A stretch of 64,000 bases of DNA from an uncultured virus (IMG/VR IMGVR_UViG_3300043774_001054) (Duplodnaviria > Heunggongvirae > Uroviricota > Caudoviricetes), in the IMG/VR virus record IMGVR_UViG_3300043774_001054, positions 1-64,000 of that record, one strand, 5' to 3'. The notes beneath the pieces are model-generated. The model did not search any database and had not been told where the DNA came from. It was given only the letters and a program-made list of their open reading frames with translations. Each line of letters opens with the position of its first letter. Positions within the stretch are counted from its first letter, which is position 1. A program made the translations under genes and the position numbers. Positions 19,708 through 31,207 of this stretch are shown piece by piece.

Positions 19708-22700
19708 TAGGTAACTGCAACCGCTCTGAAGTCACGAAGGGTTGGAATTTGAGACGAATTAGATGAGATGAATACGACCTTAATTGCAAAGGCAGTAAAG
19801 TTACCGTCGAGTTCATCTACATTGTCGCCGATCGTGTATTCGATTTCAAGATAATTATTTGGATCATCGGATATTGGAATTTCAGCATCAGGCTGTCCTT
19901 CCTTCCACCCAAGGGCTTCAAAGTCCACGTCAGGGTGATATGCGACCTTATAATATACCTTAATGTCGGATGCTGCCGGACGATTTGCCAAGAAATAGAT
20001 CTTGAGGGCGGAAGCCGGATCATTCAGTTCAACCTTACGGGTAATGTACTTTGCAAGTGCCGAACCGCCAACCGAAGTTTCTTCGGAGATTGGGTTACGG
20101 ACCTCATTTTCATCATCGCCCAGGGTGCTTCCGCTGCTTGGGATATATGGGTTGTCAATACGGTTTGAAATCGTAATGAGTGATAGACGATCAAGGTCAA
20201 TCACCGGAGAAATGTTATTTCTGAGACTTACCAGAGTGCCCTCCAGAATAAAACTGTTATTGAGACCTGGTATATTGGTTCTTTCTGGTTCGGATAGAAT
20301 GACCCGTGGTGTAGTAAAGAATGTATTATCGTTTACCTTAACGTAAGGTGCATCTTCTGAGGCTACCAATTCGCCGAATGATTCACCACCGGCAAGGGAT
20401 TTACCCTGGGTCGTCTGAACACTCCAGTAAAGATCGGTATCGGGAAGAATGAGTTGTTGTACAATAGGATTCAGAACATCGAACATTCTGTTTTCTGTTG
20501 CGACAACTGCCGATCCGCCGGAAAGCCCACTTGAGGTAGCGGAAGTTGTCGCGACGGTAATGACGTAACTGTCAATTTCAACATCGCTTACGGTGTGTGT
20601 TTTATTTAATTCAATGATAGGAATACCATTGACCGCAGATGTAATCCCAGAAATCGTCACCTTTGAACCATTTGTGTGCCCGTGGTTCTTATGGAATACA
20701 ATAACATCTCTGCTTGAGCTTGTTGTGGTCAATGGATTTACCTTTAATGCTCTCGATGGAAGCGGTAATTCATTCAGAACAACAGTGCCGGTCGAATAGA
20801 ATACAGCACGATTCATTACGAATTTGATGTCTCTTGTTTGATCCGGTGTCCATGTTGAAGCATTTTGGGACTTAAACATAACACCCAAATGCGGTTGGCT
20901 TGTAATACGGAAGGCTGGATTTGTAATATCATATCCACCAACTTCCGATACCCAAACTTTATATTTGTCCGAGTTGGAGATAAGAACGAAACAGTATTCA
21001 ACACCCTGAAGAAGATGAACCGGAGCTTCAAAATTAAAGCGTGTCGGTACAGTTGCATCTTCCGAAACAAGAATATTATCTGCAGAAGCCTTTACAACTG
21101 AGAAAGGTACAACCCGTGGGGTCGGAATACCATTCTCCATAACTCTAATGTCGAGAGTAATAGGGAGATTTTCATCTTTATCCTTAAAGTATAGATCCAG
21201 AGATGTAATAAATGCGCCACCTTGAAGGTCAATGAGGAAACTCTGTGCAAGAGGATCGACCCACTTAATTTGGTGTGCATCCTGACTAAACACATCCCAA
21301 ACCCATGGTTCCGATGGCGGAACTAGAGTTGTTTCGGTCGGAGTATTATCTTCCTCGACAACTGGAATTACAATCGCTTCGGGTGGTGAGATAAGAGATT
21401 CCGTATCCGGTGGGACCTCGGTATAATCGGTATAAGTTGTTTCACCCGGAGGAACGGTCTCATCGACAATAACCGATGGAGCTCCGACCGAATTATCCAA
21501 CCAAGGCGGGGCTAAAAGCCACGTCCATGGTGCAGGAGGTGGTTGTACCTCTGGCGATGGTCCCACATTTGGTGTAGTTGTATTAGTATCTACCGGTGAA
21601 ACAATTGTCGCGGGCGGTAAAGGTGATCTTTGAATATCAGTCTCCGACGATGTAGTCGAACGAGACGTATTTGAGACCGTACGATTTTCACCAATTTGAG
21701 TTCGGGTAATGCGCGGAACCCGTGTTGAAACAACTACATTTTCTTTGGTTTCGAGAAGACCACGAGCATCGTAAACGGCTTCTGCGCCTGTCGATTCTTT
21801 GACTCTATCGTTTGTTTCGCTATCGGTAAGACGGAAAATACGAACTCCAGTCTTAAATTTGACCGAACTTGTGCTCGGAATAATAAATGAACCGGCTATT
21901 CTTCCTGCTTCATCCGTTTCAAGGAGTGTGCCGGTTACATAATCGGGGTGTTGAGTCGCATTAATGTAATTGGTATTATCGGTGCGTGAAGAATAAACTT
22001 GATATGCCTCCTCGTGGACATATTGGTCGACAAGAGTATTGTCAAAAAATGCATGTAGCTTTGTATTCGGCTTTAAACCGTCCGCTCTGAAGTAAATCAT
22101 GCGGGAACGAATAAAAGGAACAAAGTTGATTTCAACCGTACGGTCACCCATATCTGTTGTAACTGTATCCGGAACAACCGAGGTACGGATACCGCTGCGA
22201 GCCTGTTCGGTGCGAGTGGTTGTAGTAAGTGTGGTTGTTGAAGTTCTCTTGTACGAATTGTAATCGTTATCAATATTTGTAATTGCGGATTCCGAAGATA
22301 CGCCGGTCCAATTATCCTGCCATTCGTTCCATACCGTACCGATGACACCATCTTCTTCTGCTCCGTAACGGAGAGAATCATATGTTCCCGATTGGTCAAT
22401 TACAACTTCCGGACGACGTTGGGTTTCCTTCCATTCATCTGATTCCGGAGAAAGTGTCATGTCGCCCTTCCACGTAAATACATTGTATGGATTTACAAAT
22501 TCTGCCATAGAAGCATATGGCTGAGAGATAAGAGCTTGCTGAGTGTAATCAAGTGTAATTAATGAACTTGATTTTCTTACATTTGTTGTATTGCTCAGAG
22601 GAGATGAATTCCATGTAAGACGGACATTGTCCTGATGGAATGATGGGCGGAGACGACCGTTTGCTTTATCAATAGAGCAACGGTAGTCTGGATGAGTTAC

Positions 22701-25403
22701 GGCACCAATGCTGTGACCATAGAAGCTATCAACGACAAAACCATTCTTATACCGTTGAGCGATACCATCATTTGCAAGAATCTGGCGGTCGGTCGTATCC
22801 TTCTCGAGGAGTGACAGAGAGGTATAGTATTCCAGTTTTGAAACACGTTTCTCGATTTTACCAATATCACGCATTGTATAGCGTTTATTGTCCACCATTG
22901 TAGGAATGATGTCTTCACCGCCAAAGGTATATGCACCAAGACGAATGGTATAAAGAACCATTGAATCGTTTGGATCCTGTGGAGGTGTTGGAGAAATTGC
23001 TGAAATACCTTCGACAACTCCAAAATTACCCTTCTTATCCACAAAGATTTTATCTACGCGAGAGAGATAATAGTCAAGGTCTGCTTCGAACAGACTGTTT
23101 GGGCTTACCATTGATGTTAGATCGCCACCAGCGAAGGTAGTTTCATCTGCACCGTTCTTGGAAGGACGGAAATCAATTGCATCGCGGAGCTGAATTAAGC
23201 CCTTCGACGATTGAAATGCAGGAATCAAAGAATAATCGATCAAATATGAATTGCGGCTGAAATAGTCACCAGCACTATGAGTAAAATGCTTAAACTCAAT
23301 TCGAAGTTTTCCTGTAGGAGCGGAAGCGGTTGCTTTTAATTGAATTTTTGCTACATCATAAAAATTGTCGCGCTGACCATTATCTACAATATAGTTTTCG
23401 GTAACATTTTTGCTTAAAGTAGTTGCGTTTTGAGTTGGATTTTCGGAATCGTAAATTGCCGTTACCTCAAATAGATCCGTAACCCCAAGAGAAATTGTGT
23501 TTGACGGAGAGGTGATATTTAACGGCTCTGGTGTAGTAAGAGTCTTTACCTTTCTGGCTTTTCTGCGACGAGCAAGAGCAATGACTCTTACGGTATGACC
23601 GTTTGTTGCACTATTAAATGTAAGAGTAAGTGTATTATTGCGGGTAGTCGGATGTTCAGCACCCGCGCTGGGCGCCGTCGAGGGAGTATAACGTAGACCT
23701 GTAGTAGTATCTACTGCAATATAATCGGCTGCATCACCCTGAGGGAAAAACTCATTGGTGTCGCCTGATTTAGTCCATGTTCCAGAACTTACAACGTCGT
23801 CGTATGATCTAAGGGTATAATAGGCAACATCGCTTACATCATCAACAACGTCAACGGGCAGTTTAAAGAGAAGTGAATTATTCGCGGTTTCTTGAAGAAT
23901 TGCAGAGCCAGAAATGTTACCAGAGAAGTCATACCCATCGACAGAACTTTCAAGAGTTGCCGTTGAGCTGAATGACTGCCCAGCGTTCATCTGAATATCA
24001 AATAGATATAAACGATAAACACCGACGCCAGAAGGCGTCATGGCACGAGCACGAGCAAATCCAATAGTTGTGGATCCAGAATTTTTAAGTGTGATTCTAG
24101 TGAAACCGTTAATGTCTGGAAGACCAGAATTTGTAGCAAGAGTAATGTAAACGTAATTACCAACAAGAGCATTTAAAACTGCGCCGTCAAAGGTATCCTT
24201 TTCGCGGGCTTTCGGAACCTCAACGTATTTAGTATCCAGAAGTTCAATACGGTAGCCATTTACATAAGCAATAGATGGTTCAATGCCAACAGCCAAACGC
24301 TTTTCACCATACGCAGCAGCCGTGAGACCGCCAAGATTGCGTACATTTGAACCAATCTGGTCCGCAGTATAGAGACCGCCATTTGAATTTGCATTTAGAT
24401 ATTGGCGAATATTGATTTGGAATGGTCGTACTGTATAATTTCCGGATTCCTCAAATGTTCGTTGAGCAAGAATATCACCAAGTTCCGAATATTGAGTACG
24501 GGCTTTAGATACTACTCTACCGTCTTTAATAACCATCAATTGAATGATGTTATTTTCTGTGCGGTCGGCAAACTGATATGGCTGCACCTGGAGCTCAAGT
24601 GAAATCTGATAACGATCGGCACCTGGAGCCGCAGTATTTGGAGTGCCAATAGAATTATCAAAAAGTGAAGATGCTTCACCTTCGCCGGCTGTAACAATAC
24701 CTTCGGTGACTGCATAAACAATACGACCCGAACCAACCGGATTGTATTTTGAAAGAATTACTGAGCTTTGTGGCGTGTAAACAAAATTACCGGATACAAA
24801 GAATACGCCTTCCGATACTGTAACGCGGGTACCTTTACCAATAGGGAGTGTATTTGCGGCTTTTACTTTTACACGGAATGGCTCATCGGCAGCAGCAATT
24901 TCTTCTGGAGTTTGAGAAAGAACCAGAACTTCCTGAGCGTAAAATGATTTGTCAATACCAGCAGCATTTAAAGTCGTTTCGGAATTCGACGAGGTATAAT
25001 GAATGTAAAGAGTTAATGGATTATTTTCGTCGATGTACGGAGTGTAATCAATGACGGTAGCAGTAATTCCAGTGAACTCGCCGGTAAGGGTTCTTCCGAT
25101 AAAGTTACCGTTTGCCGATTGAGTTACCGAATCATATGGTAAGCCAGAACTGTAATCAAAACCAGATTCAATTTTAACGAATGCAAATGCGGTATCCAAT
25201 GATGCCTCACCACCAATGACAGAGGAACCATCCTTAAATACGTGACGACCGAAACGGTCGATTTGTGCTTGGATGGATGTCTGAAGCTGGGTTAACTCTC
25301 TTGCTTGTATTGAATATCCAGGCTTGAAAAGAATTCTTTGATAATTCTTTTCCTGATTGAAATCATCATAATACGGAGCAAGTGGGAATACTTTAAGAGG
25401 CAT
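19707..25403 (-). CDS. Large virion structural protein, DUF4815/VrlC-like (1898 aa)
   Basis: 'PYYDDF...YQRILFKPG..IQARELTQLQ', 'RTFEESGNY', 'RYTMRDIG', 'YKNGFVVDSF', 'DPLAQSF' motifs. Confidence 0.85.
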   Translation of the reverse strand: MPLKVFPLAPYYDDFNQEKNYQRILFKPGYSIQARELTQLQTSIQAQIDRFGRHVFKDGSSVIGGEASLDTAFAFVKIESGFDYSSGLPYDSVTQSANGNFIGRTLTGEFTGITATVIDYTPYIDENNPLTLYIHYTSSNSETTLNAAGIDKSFYAQEVLVLSQTPEEIAAADEPFRVKVKAANTLPIGKGTRVTVSEGVFFVSGNFVYTPQSSVILSKYNPVGSGRIVYAVTEGIVTAGEGEASSLFDNSIGTPNTAAPGADRYQISLELQVQPYQFADRTENNIIQLMVIKDGRVVSKARTQYSELGDILAQRTFEESGNYTVRPFQINIRQYLNANSNGGLYTADQIGSNVRNLGGLTAAAYGEKRLAVGIEPSIAYVNGYRIELLDTKYVEVPKAREKDTFDGAVLNALVGNYVYITLATNSGLPDINGFTRITLKNSGSTTIGFARARAMTPSGVGVYRLYLFDIQMNAGQSFSSTATLESSVDGYDFSGNISGSAILQETANNSLLFKLPVDVVDDVSDVAYYTLRSYDDVVSSGTWTKSGDTNEFFPQGDAADYIAVDTTTGLRYTPSTAPSAGAEHPTTRNNTLTLTFNSATNGHTVRVIALARRRKARKVKTLTTPEPLNITSPSNTISLGVTDLFEVTAIYDSENPTQNATTLSKNVTENYIVDNGQRDNFYDVAKIQLKATASAPTGKLRIEFKHFTHSAGDYFSRNSYLIDYSLIPAFQSSKGLIQLRDAIDFRPSKNGADETTFAGGDLTSMVSPNSLFEADLDYYLSRVDKIFVDKKGNFGVVEGISAISPTPPQDPNDSMVLYTIRLGAYTFGGEDIIPTMVDNKRYTMRDIGKIEKRVSKLEYYTSLSLLEKDTTDRQILANDGIAQRYKNGFVVDSFYGHSIGAVTHPDYRCSIDKANGRLRPSFHQDNVRLTWNSSPLSNTTNVRKSSSLITLDYTQQALISQPYASMAEFVNPYNVFTWKGDMTLSPESDEWKETQRRPEVVIDQSGTYDSLRYGAEEDGVIGTVWNEWQDNWTGVSSESAITNIDNDYNSYKRTSTTTLTTTTRTEQARSGIRTSVVPDTVTTDMGDRTVEINFVPFIRSRMIYFRADGLKPNTKLHAFFDNTLVDQYVHEEAYQVYSSRTDNTNYINATQHPDYVTGTLLETDEAGRIAGSFIIPSTSSVKFKTGVRIFRLTDSETNDRVKESTGAEAVYDARGLLETKENVVVSTRVPRITRTQIGENRTVSNTSRSTTSSETDIQRSPLPPATIVSPVDTNTTTPNVGPSPEVQPPPAPWTWLLAPPWLDNSVGAPSVIVDETVPPGETTYTDYTEVPPDTESLISPPEAIVIPVVEEDNTPTETTLVPPSEPWVWDVFSQDAHQIKWVDPLAQSFLIDLQGGAFITSLDLYFKDKDENLPITLDIRVMENGIPTPRVVPFSVVKASADNILVSEDATVPTRFNFEAPVHLLQGVEYCFVLISNSDKYKVWVSEVGGYDITNPAFRITSQPHLGVMFKSQNASTWTPDQTRDIKFVMNRAVFYSTGTVVLNELPLPSRALKVNPLTTTSSSRDVIVFHKNHGHTNGSKVTISGITSAVNGIPIIELNKTHTVSDVEIDSYVITVATTSATSSGLSGGSAVVATENRMFDVLNPIVQQLILPDTDLYWSVQTTQGKSLAGGESFGELVASEDAPYVKVNDNTFFTTPRVILSEPERTNIPGLNNSFILEGTLVSLRNNISPVIDLDRLSLITISNRIDNPYIPSSGSTLGDDENEVRNPISEETSVGGSALAKYITRKVELNDPASALKIYFLANRPAASDIKVYYKVAYHPDVDFEALGWKEGQPDAEIPISDDPNNYLEIEYTIGDNVDELDGNFTAFAIKVVFISSNSSQIPTLRDFRAVAVT

Positions 25404-25420
25404 AGTAGTACAGAATTAAA

Positions 25421-26803
25421 TTAGAATTCAATGATGATCTTTACGTCTTCGATCTGAGATAAGGTGCGATTAATGGCCTTTCTGTTTTCAAGGAATAGAA
25501 TCTCGCCGCTAAATCTTTGTACTTCGGGATTTCCAAGAGAAACAATTTCAGCTTCACCGACGTCGCCAGTTCCATTAACAAATTCATCTACCATAAATGC
25601 GGTGTAACCGGTTTTATCATTTTGGTGATACTTTAACTGGCCTGATGGCACGTCATATGCATCAACAAATGCAATTGCACCAGAATCTTGCCCAACGATA
25701 TAATCTGTTACCTGAATACCAGTGTCAACAGTGCTACCAAAAGTCATTGTTTTTAATGCGGAATATGTTTGTTCGGTTGCTGCAGCACCTGCAATCGTCT
25801 TTGGATTCTTGATGATACCAATCTGTCTGAAGCTATTTTCAACAATAAAGTCACCGGAGCCGTCATCCTCTTCAAGACGAACATTAATACCAATAAAGAA
25901 GGCTCCAAGTTCTTTTACTGGATCCGAACCGTGACCCTGAGCCGGAGAAAGAACAGGTTGAATGATTGCACCACTGCCGCCATATACGCCCGTGTTTAAC
26001 TCGACAAATGCTACCGTATAACCGGATCCCGCATTACCCTCAAATGTACCGCTCGAGGTTCTTACCCTTACATCGGTAATAACACCACTTGAATCCACTG
26101 TTGCTGTGGCTGCAGCTGCAGTTCCATTGCCACGAATAATTACTGTTGGTGGATTGGCTTGGCTATAACCGGCACCGCCATTTAGAACTTTGTAACGGTA
26201 GATTTTACCATTTAGGTTGGCAATACTTTGTTGCTGATTAGTAAATTTAATTTGATCTTCATCATTTAAATCGCCATCATCAATAACGGTTTTTACTGGA
26301 ATATAGAAATTTGTAAGGAATTTAGAACCATCGGAAAGAGAGATGGTGAACATATACTTCCAAAGGTATCCATCGGCTTCAAATTGTGGATACAGTTCGG
26401 TATGTGTTGGTTTGTTTACAGAGGCACCAGTACCGGCGCGAATGCACTTGTAAACCTTAAATTCATCGGTAATGGCATAGAACTCTTTAGTAAAAATGTC
26501 ATTATCACCGTCATCCCACGGAGTATAACCAAGACCCGATGTCCAATTGTGACGCGGCGAAAGATTAATGATCTGACTGGAGTTCACCTTTTTCATGGCA
26601 ATCATATTCTGCCACGCATCATTTATCTCGGAAATCGTATCCAGCGGAGTCGTAGCAGCGCTATCGGTATTAATGTCTTTAGAAGTAGACCATGCGTCCG
26701 ACTTACCAATAAAGACATATACGCTGTTGGATACATCGGCTGTTGAAGCAATAAAATTGTTTGCGTTTTCCAGACGGAATTGTGAGGTAATGATTGCTGA
26801 CAT
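25421..26803 (-). CDS. gp8: Baseplate wedge subunit gp8
   Basis: 'MSAIITSQFR', 'VYKCI', 'DGYLWKYMF', 'GHGSDP..ELGA', 'FRQIGII', 'EDVKIIIEF'. Confidence 0.88.
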   Translation of the reverse strand: MSAIITSQFRLENANNFIASTADVSNSVYVFIGKSDAWSTSKDINTDSAATTPLDTISEINDAWQNMIAMKKVNSSQIINLSPRHNWTSGLGYTPWDDGDNDIFTKEFYAITDEFKVYKCIRAGTGASVNKPTHTELYPQFEADGYLWKYMFTISLSDGSKFLTNFYIPVKTVIDDGDLNDEDQIKFTNQQQSIANLNGKIYRYKVLNGGAGYSQANPPTVIIRGNGTAAAATATVDSSGVITDVRVRTSSGTFEGNAGSGYTVAFVELNTGVYGGSGAIIQPVLSPAQGHGSDPVKELGAFFIGINVRLEEDDGSGDFIVENSFRQIGIIKNPKTIAGAAATEQTYSALKTMTFGSTVDTGIQVTDYIVGQDSGAIAFVDAYDVPSGQLKYHQNDKTGYTAFMVDEFVNGTGDVGEAEIVSLGNPEVQRFSGEILFLENRKAINRTLSQIEDVKIIIEF

Positions 26804-26811
26804 AGAAGAAA

Positions 26812-29292
26812 TTAGTAGAGTTCGATCGAGGATCCGACGTTATTCCAGTTTATTGAATTATTTATATCATTTCCGATGACGTAATCTGAGTAATCGGAAA
26901 TTGGTGTTTCATCAAAGAATTTAAGCTGTTTTGAATAATTTGATTTTAGTATGCCTCTTTGATTTGAATTTTGGGCTACAAGTTGAAGGATAAGAACAAT
27001 ATCCGTCCAATCCCATGTTGCTTTACCGCTGTGCATCGTACGATATGCGCCGGTAAAGTAATCATCAACGGTATGTGACGCATATGATTTTTGCCCCTCG
27101 ATGCTATCCGCAGAGGTAATGGTACCGTCTAAATCTTCAATTGCAAGGGATTTTGTCGTATAGTTATAGGCTCTCACTTTGGCTCTTGCAACTCTGGTCT
27201 CACCGTCATAAAGGGTAACATATTCGCCTGGACGGTAGCGTTTTACATTGGAACCGCTTAGATCAAGGTAGTAGGTCTGAATCGGCGCATCCGATTGAAT
27301 TCCAGAAGTAATGACCTTAGAAGTCCCCGAAGTCTGACCGATTAGAGTCTCACCTTCATAGAAGTCCTTAATGCCGAGAGAATTCGCACTTACATTACGG
27401 AGAACAGTATGCCCGTACTTACGTTTAACATATAGCGTTTCACCATTTACAATTTCAGTACCAATACGATCTTGATCGCCGACAGTGGTATAATACTTGA
27501 TAGATTCAAACATCTGTACCTCGGCAGTAACACCGGAGGTCTGACCCACAACAATCTCGCCAGGGATAAAGAATGCATTATCCGAAAGAGTTTCCGCGGT
27601 AATAATGTAATTGATGTCTCTAATTACCTGTGAAAGGACCAGGAGAGGAATATCTTCAAGACCGATGAGGCCTGGTTGATATTTTGTCATCTTTGAAGCC
27701 AACCACTCTCTTAAAAGATTCGGATCGGTGACATCGGCATCGGTGGCATCGGCGAGTGGTAACATCTCGCCGGTTTCGGGATCCTTTAAACGGTTTTGTT
27801 TAATTACCTGATAAGTTTCGCCATCATTCAAGAGTTTTAGAAGGATCAGAACCTCTCCGAAGAAAATAAATCCGGCTGGGTGGACAAGACGATTAAATTC
27901 ATTTCTCCATGCACTTACAGTCTGACCAGTTCTAATAACATAGGAGAATTGTTGATAGAAATAAGAATCTTGTAGCTTCTTAATATCGGAAAGAAAGCCA
28001 TTACTATCTAGATACTTTCCAGGAGTGTAAATTGATATGAAATTTCTGTTGTCATCTTCACCAACTAATTGATCTAATATGTTAAAATTACCCGATGGGT
28101 TTTTAACTACAAGAGTATTTGTGGTAGAGTTATACGCCGTAACAGTTGCAAAGGACTCCGAGACGCTTCCAGTAATTCTTTCTCCGATGGTATAAAATCC
28201 TGGGTTCGGAGAGTCAGCCAATTCAAACTGAATTAGAATGTTGCCGTCCTGGTAGATTGAAAGTATGGCACCGGAATTTATTTCGGCACTTATGAACGAA
28301 CGGTTTTCACCCGGCATATCATGTCGGGTATTAATATCATTCGGATCGCTTTGGATCGTCGTAACTCTGCTTGAAACAACTGAATCGGCGCCCGTCAGGC
28401 CCGTACCAATACCACTATCTGCTGTAATGATTCTGCAAGCCAAAATATCATCAGAGAAACTTACGACATACGCAGTTGCTATTTGATTGTCGGAACTATC
28501 CTTGATTGAAACAGTTTCTCCCGCGTGATAATAACCATAATACTCAACGCCGCTATCGGGGTGCGTCCATGGGGTGCCTGGGGCAACTGTAATATAGGTA
28601 TAATTTCCAGAAACCGTTTCACCTTTTATGAATCCGTTTGTAAGAGATGGATCATATCCCGCCGGAATTCTAATACCTTTTAAGGTGAGAACGTCACCCA
28701 CATAGGAATCAACAATTGCTGTTACACCAATCTCGGAACCCGTAACTGTTTCACCTTTAGTGAATGAATTCATTGAACCCGTTACGCTTTCTAAAACAAC
28801 ACTAAATTTCATCAGTTGTTTTTGGTCGAACAACTTTACTTTAGCCGGTCTACGAGATATTGTATCCCATGTACCGGATGAAGGAACCAACATATCTTCA
28901 CGAGGATAATATACCTCAACGTTGTCGGAGAACAGAATCTTAAAAAACAATTCGACTGAATCCGTAGAACCGCGGATCGTATAATACCGCATTAGGTTCT
29001 TATACAATTTAACCTTATCGGCAACAACTGTACGAGGAACTGAAAATGCAATTTCCCTTTGAATTAGATCCAAATACTCATAATCGGCACTATCAATGTC
29101 GCGGACGTCATTAATTGAATCAATTTCGTAGCTCGGCATCCCGCGCTCATTCATATGTTCATAGTAATCTTTTAAAAGATCAATAAGAACCTTAGAATTT
29201 TCACGTAGTTCATCGGGAAAGAGAGATTCAATACGAACCGTCTCTTTTGTCTTTTTACGCGTGCTGGCAATACTTTCGACGGTATGTAGCAT
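26812..29292 (-). CDS. gp7: Baseplate wedge subunit gp7-like
   Basis: 'YTIRGSTDS..LFFKILF', 'LQDSYFYQQFSYVI', 'LVHPAGF' motifs; located between gp6 and gp8. Confidence 0.75.
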   Translation of the reverse strand: MLHTVESIASTRKKTKETVRIESLFPDELRENSKVLIDLLKDYYEHMNERGMPSYEIDSINDVRDIDSADYEYLDLIQREIAFSVPRTVVADKVKLYKNLMRYYTIRGSTDSVELFFKILFSDNVEVYYPREDMLVPSSGTWDTISRRPAKVKLFDQKQLMKFSVVLESVTGSMNSFTKGETVTGSEIGVTAIVDSYVGDVLTLKGIRIPAGYDPSLTNGFIKGETVSGNYTYITVAPGTPWTHPDSGVEYYGYYHAGETVSIKDSSDNQIATAYVVSFSDDILACRIITADSGIGTGLTGADSVVSSRVTTIQSDPNDINTRHDMPGENRSFISAEINSGAILSIYQDGNILIQFELADSPNPGFYTIGERITGSVSESFATVTAYNSTTNTLVVKNPSGNFNILDQLVGEDDNRNFISIYTPGKYLDSNGFLSDIKKLQDSYFYQQFSYVIRTGQTVSAWRNEFNRLVHPAGFIFFGEVLILLKLLNDGETYQVIKQNRLKDPETGEMLPLADATDADVTDPNLLREWLASKMTKYQPGLIGLEDIPLLVLSQVIRDINYIITAETLSDNAFFIPGEIVVGQTSGVTAEVQMFESIKYYTTVGDQDRIGTEIVNGETLYVKRKYGHTVLRNVSANSLGIKDFYEGETLIGQTSGTSKVITSGIQSDAPIQTYYLDLSGSNVKRYRPGEYVTLYDGETRVARAKVRAYNYTTKSLAIEDLDGTITSADSIEGQKSYASHTVDDYFTGAYRTMHSGKATWDWTDIVLILQLVAQNSNQRGILKSNYSKQLKFFDETPISDYSDYVIGNDINNSINWNNVGSSIELY
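26859..26866 (-). promoter_or_regulatory. T4-type late promoter TATAAATA (inside gp7 3' end, upstream of gp8)
   Basis: Exact motif 55 nt upstream of the gp8 ATG. Confidence 0.55.
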
Positions 29293-29297
29293 AATAA

Positions 29298-31196
29298 TTA
29301 ACGGTGGCGAGAGGTTGTGGTGTAATTAATAGCTCCCGCAGTACCGGCAACAGCGATTGTATCAATTTCACCTGTTACGGATGTTGCCGCCATAGAAACC
29401 TGTAATAGTTGATTTCTCTTTGGGGCTAGATCGTTCGAGTTTGGTGTTGCCGTAATACGAATTGGTGTTGCGGAATCTGGAATAAAATTGTCAATAATAA
29501 CTCTACCTTCGGAAAGATAAATTTTGCCGGCGTCGCGGATTCTTATCTTATTGCCAGAAACTAAACGGTAGATATACACGGTACGGTCTCCGTATTCGAC
29601 ACGTTTTGTTGGATCTGTATTTGTTGTAGGTGAATCTGAAAAATAGTATTCGATACCATTTTGTAGGAATGATGTTGATTCGATTACTTCCTCGGAGGTA
29701 CTTGATTTGTAAATAGGAGCAGAGAAATCAAGAGTTACAGAATTTAGTTTTCCAACGACCGGAGTAAAATCCCTGTACATATACACGCGGATTAAAGAAT
29801 TTAGGATTGATGGATCGGCCGAATCAATGTTCTTCGATAACTGAGAATATCTAAATACACCGTCGAATTTATTCAGATTGTCATCATTATAGTCGCTAAT
29901 GGTCTGGCGTACTAATGACTGTAATTCAATCTTAGTGCGGTCGGTTAAATTTGGATTGTACTTAAAAAACACTTCCAATTTAAGATATGAGTATTCAGGA
30001 TCAACGATGACGGGAGTAATGGAAACAACATTCTTACCCTTCAGAATCGTAGAAATGATTTGGGTCCTCTGAACTTCATTGAGTACCGTACCGTCCGGAC
30101 CGTTTGGTTTGACCGAAATAAATACCTTGCCGTAGTTTGGTATAATAGAATCCTCACCACCCCAAACAGAAATTGAACTGATACCGCCAAATTCTTTTAG
30201 AATAATTGCACGGTAATCATCGGCGGTTACGGCACGATTTTGAGATACAAAGGTAATTGGGGCATTGAATTTGATTGATTCAATTGATTCTCTCTGTGCG
30301 CCCCCGTATGTAAGAGGTGTGGCGGCGAGTAGTGTTGTTGCAACATACTCTTTTGAATAACCTTGGAATGTACCATAAGCTCCCACATTATCGTATGCAT
30401 TTACTACGGAGCCATTGTTTGCTGCATCACCACTGGTATAAATGTATTCAACCTCGACAATCTGATTTGATTGTGGTCTATTTCCAAGAGTATCATCCCC
30501 GAAATAGATTTCATATTTTCCAGCGGCATTTTCTTGAATAAAATAGATAAGAGATTCCGGACCAATGTTCAGAAGAGTGCTGAATTTAGTATAGATTGTG
30601 TAATCGTTGGATGTTTCGTTGGCTTTAAGACGGACGCGGAGTGTGGTAGTATCAATGTTAGTGTCCGGAATCTCAAATTTTTGCGATGGTAATGATGTAT
30701 CCACGCGATACAACATTCTCTTTAAAGTGCCTTCCTTCAAGGTAACCTCGTCGAATACATACTTGTTATCCGAGTTACGTGCAGTTGTAAGAGGTTCTAA
30801 ATTTACAAAGTTATATTTGGTAGAATCAATAATTGAAGTAAAACGAGTACCGCGATTCAGTTGAAGCTCTGCCGGTGCATTTAATAGATTTGATGGCGAT
30901 ACGACGACCCTAACCTTTGCAGTTGTAGCAAGAGTGGAACGAGGCGTGTATCCCAACAGTTTGGCGTGTGAGACTACGTTGCCACGAATCTGTGCGGTAT
31001 CTAAAAAGGTCTCATTCATTGAGAAGTGAGCCAGCATCGCATTGTAATGCGTGTTATATGCCAGAACGTCTAAAAGCACCGACAGACCCGACCCCTCAAA
31101 GTTCCAGTCATTGTACTTTGACTGAAGTTTAAAGTGCTCCTTGATGTTTGCTTTGATTTTATCAAAGTCTAGTTCGGTTACATTAAATTGTGCCAT
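29298..31196 (-). CDS. gp6: Baseplate wedge subunit gp6
   Basis: 'ELDFDKIK', 'LLDVLAYNTHYN', 'ETFLDTAQIR', 'QNRAVTADDY', 'VWGGED'. Confidence 0.93.
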   Translation of the reverse strand: MAQFNVTELDFDKIKANIKEHFKLQSKYNDWNFEGSGLSVLLDVLAYNTHYNAMLAHFSMNETFLDTAQIRGNVVSHAKLLGYTPRSTLATTAKVRVVVSPSNLLNAPAELQLNRGTRFTSIIDSTKYNFVNLEPLTTARNSDNKYVFDEVTLKEGTLKRMLYRVDTSLPSQKFEIPDTNIDTTTLRVRLKANETSNDYTIYTKFSTLLNIGPESLIYFIQENAAGKYEIYFGDDTLGNRPQSNQIVEVEYIYTSGDAANNGSVVNAYDNVGAYGTFQGYSKEYVATTLLAATPLTYGGAQRESIESIKFNAPITFVSQNRAVTADDYRAIILKEFGGISSISVWGGEDSIIPNYGKVFISVKPNGPDGTVLNEVQRTQIISTILKGKNVVSITPVIVDPEYSYLKLEVFFKYNPNLTDRTKIELQSLVRQTISDYNDDNLNKFDGVFRYSQLSKNIDSADPSILNSLIRVYMYRDFTPVVGKLNSVTLDFSAPIYKSSTSEEVIESTSFLQNGIEYYFSDSPTTNTDPTKRVEYGDRTVYIYRLVSGNKIRIRDAGKIYLSEGRVIIDNFIPDSATPIRITATPNSNDLAPKRNQLLQVSMAATSVTGEIDTIAVAGTAGAINYTTTSRHR

Positions 31197-31207
31197 AAGA
31201 AAAAGGT

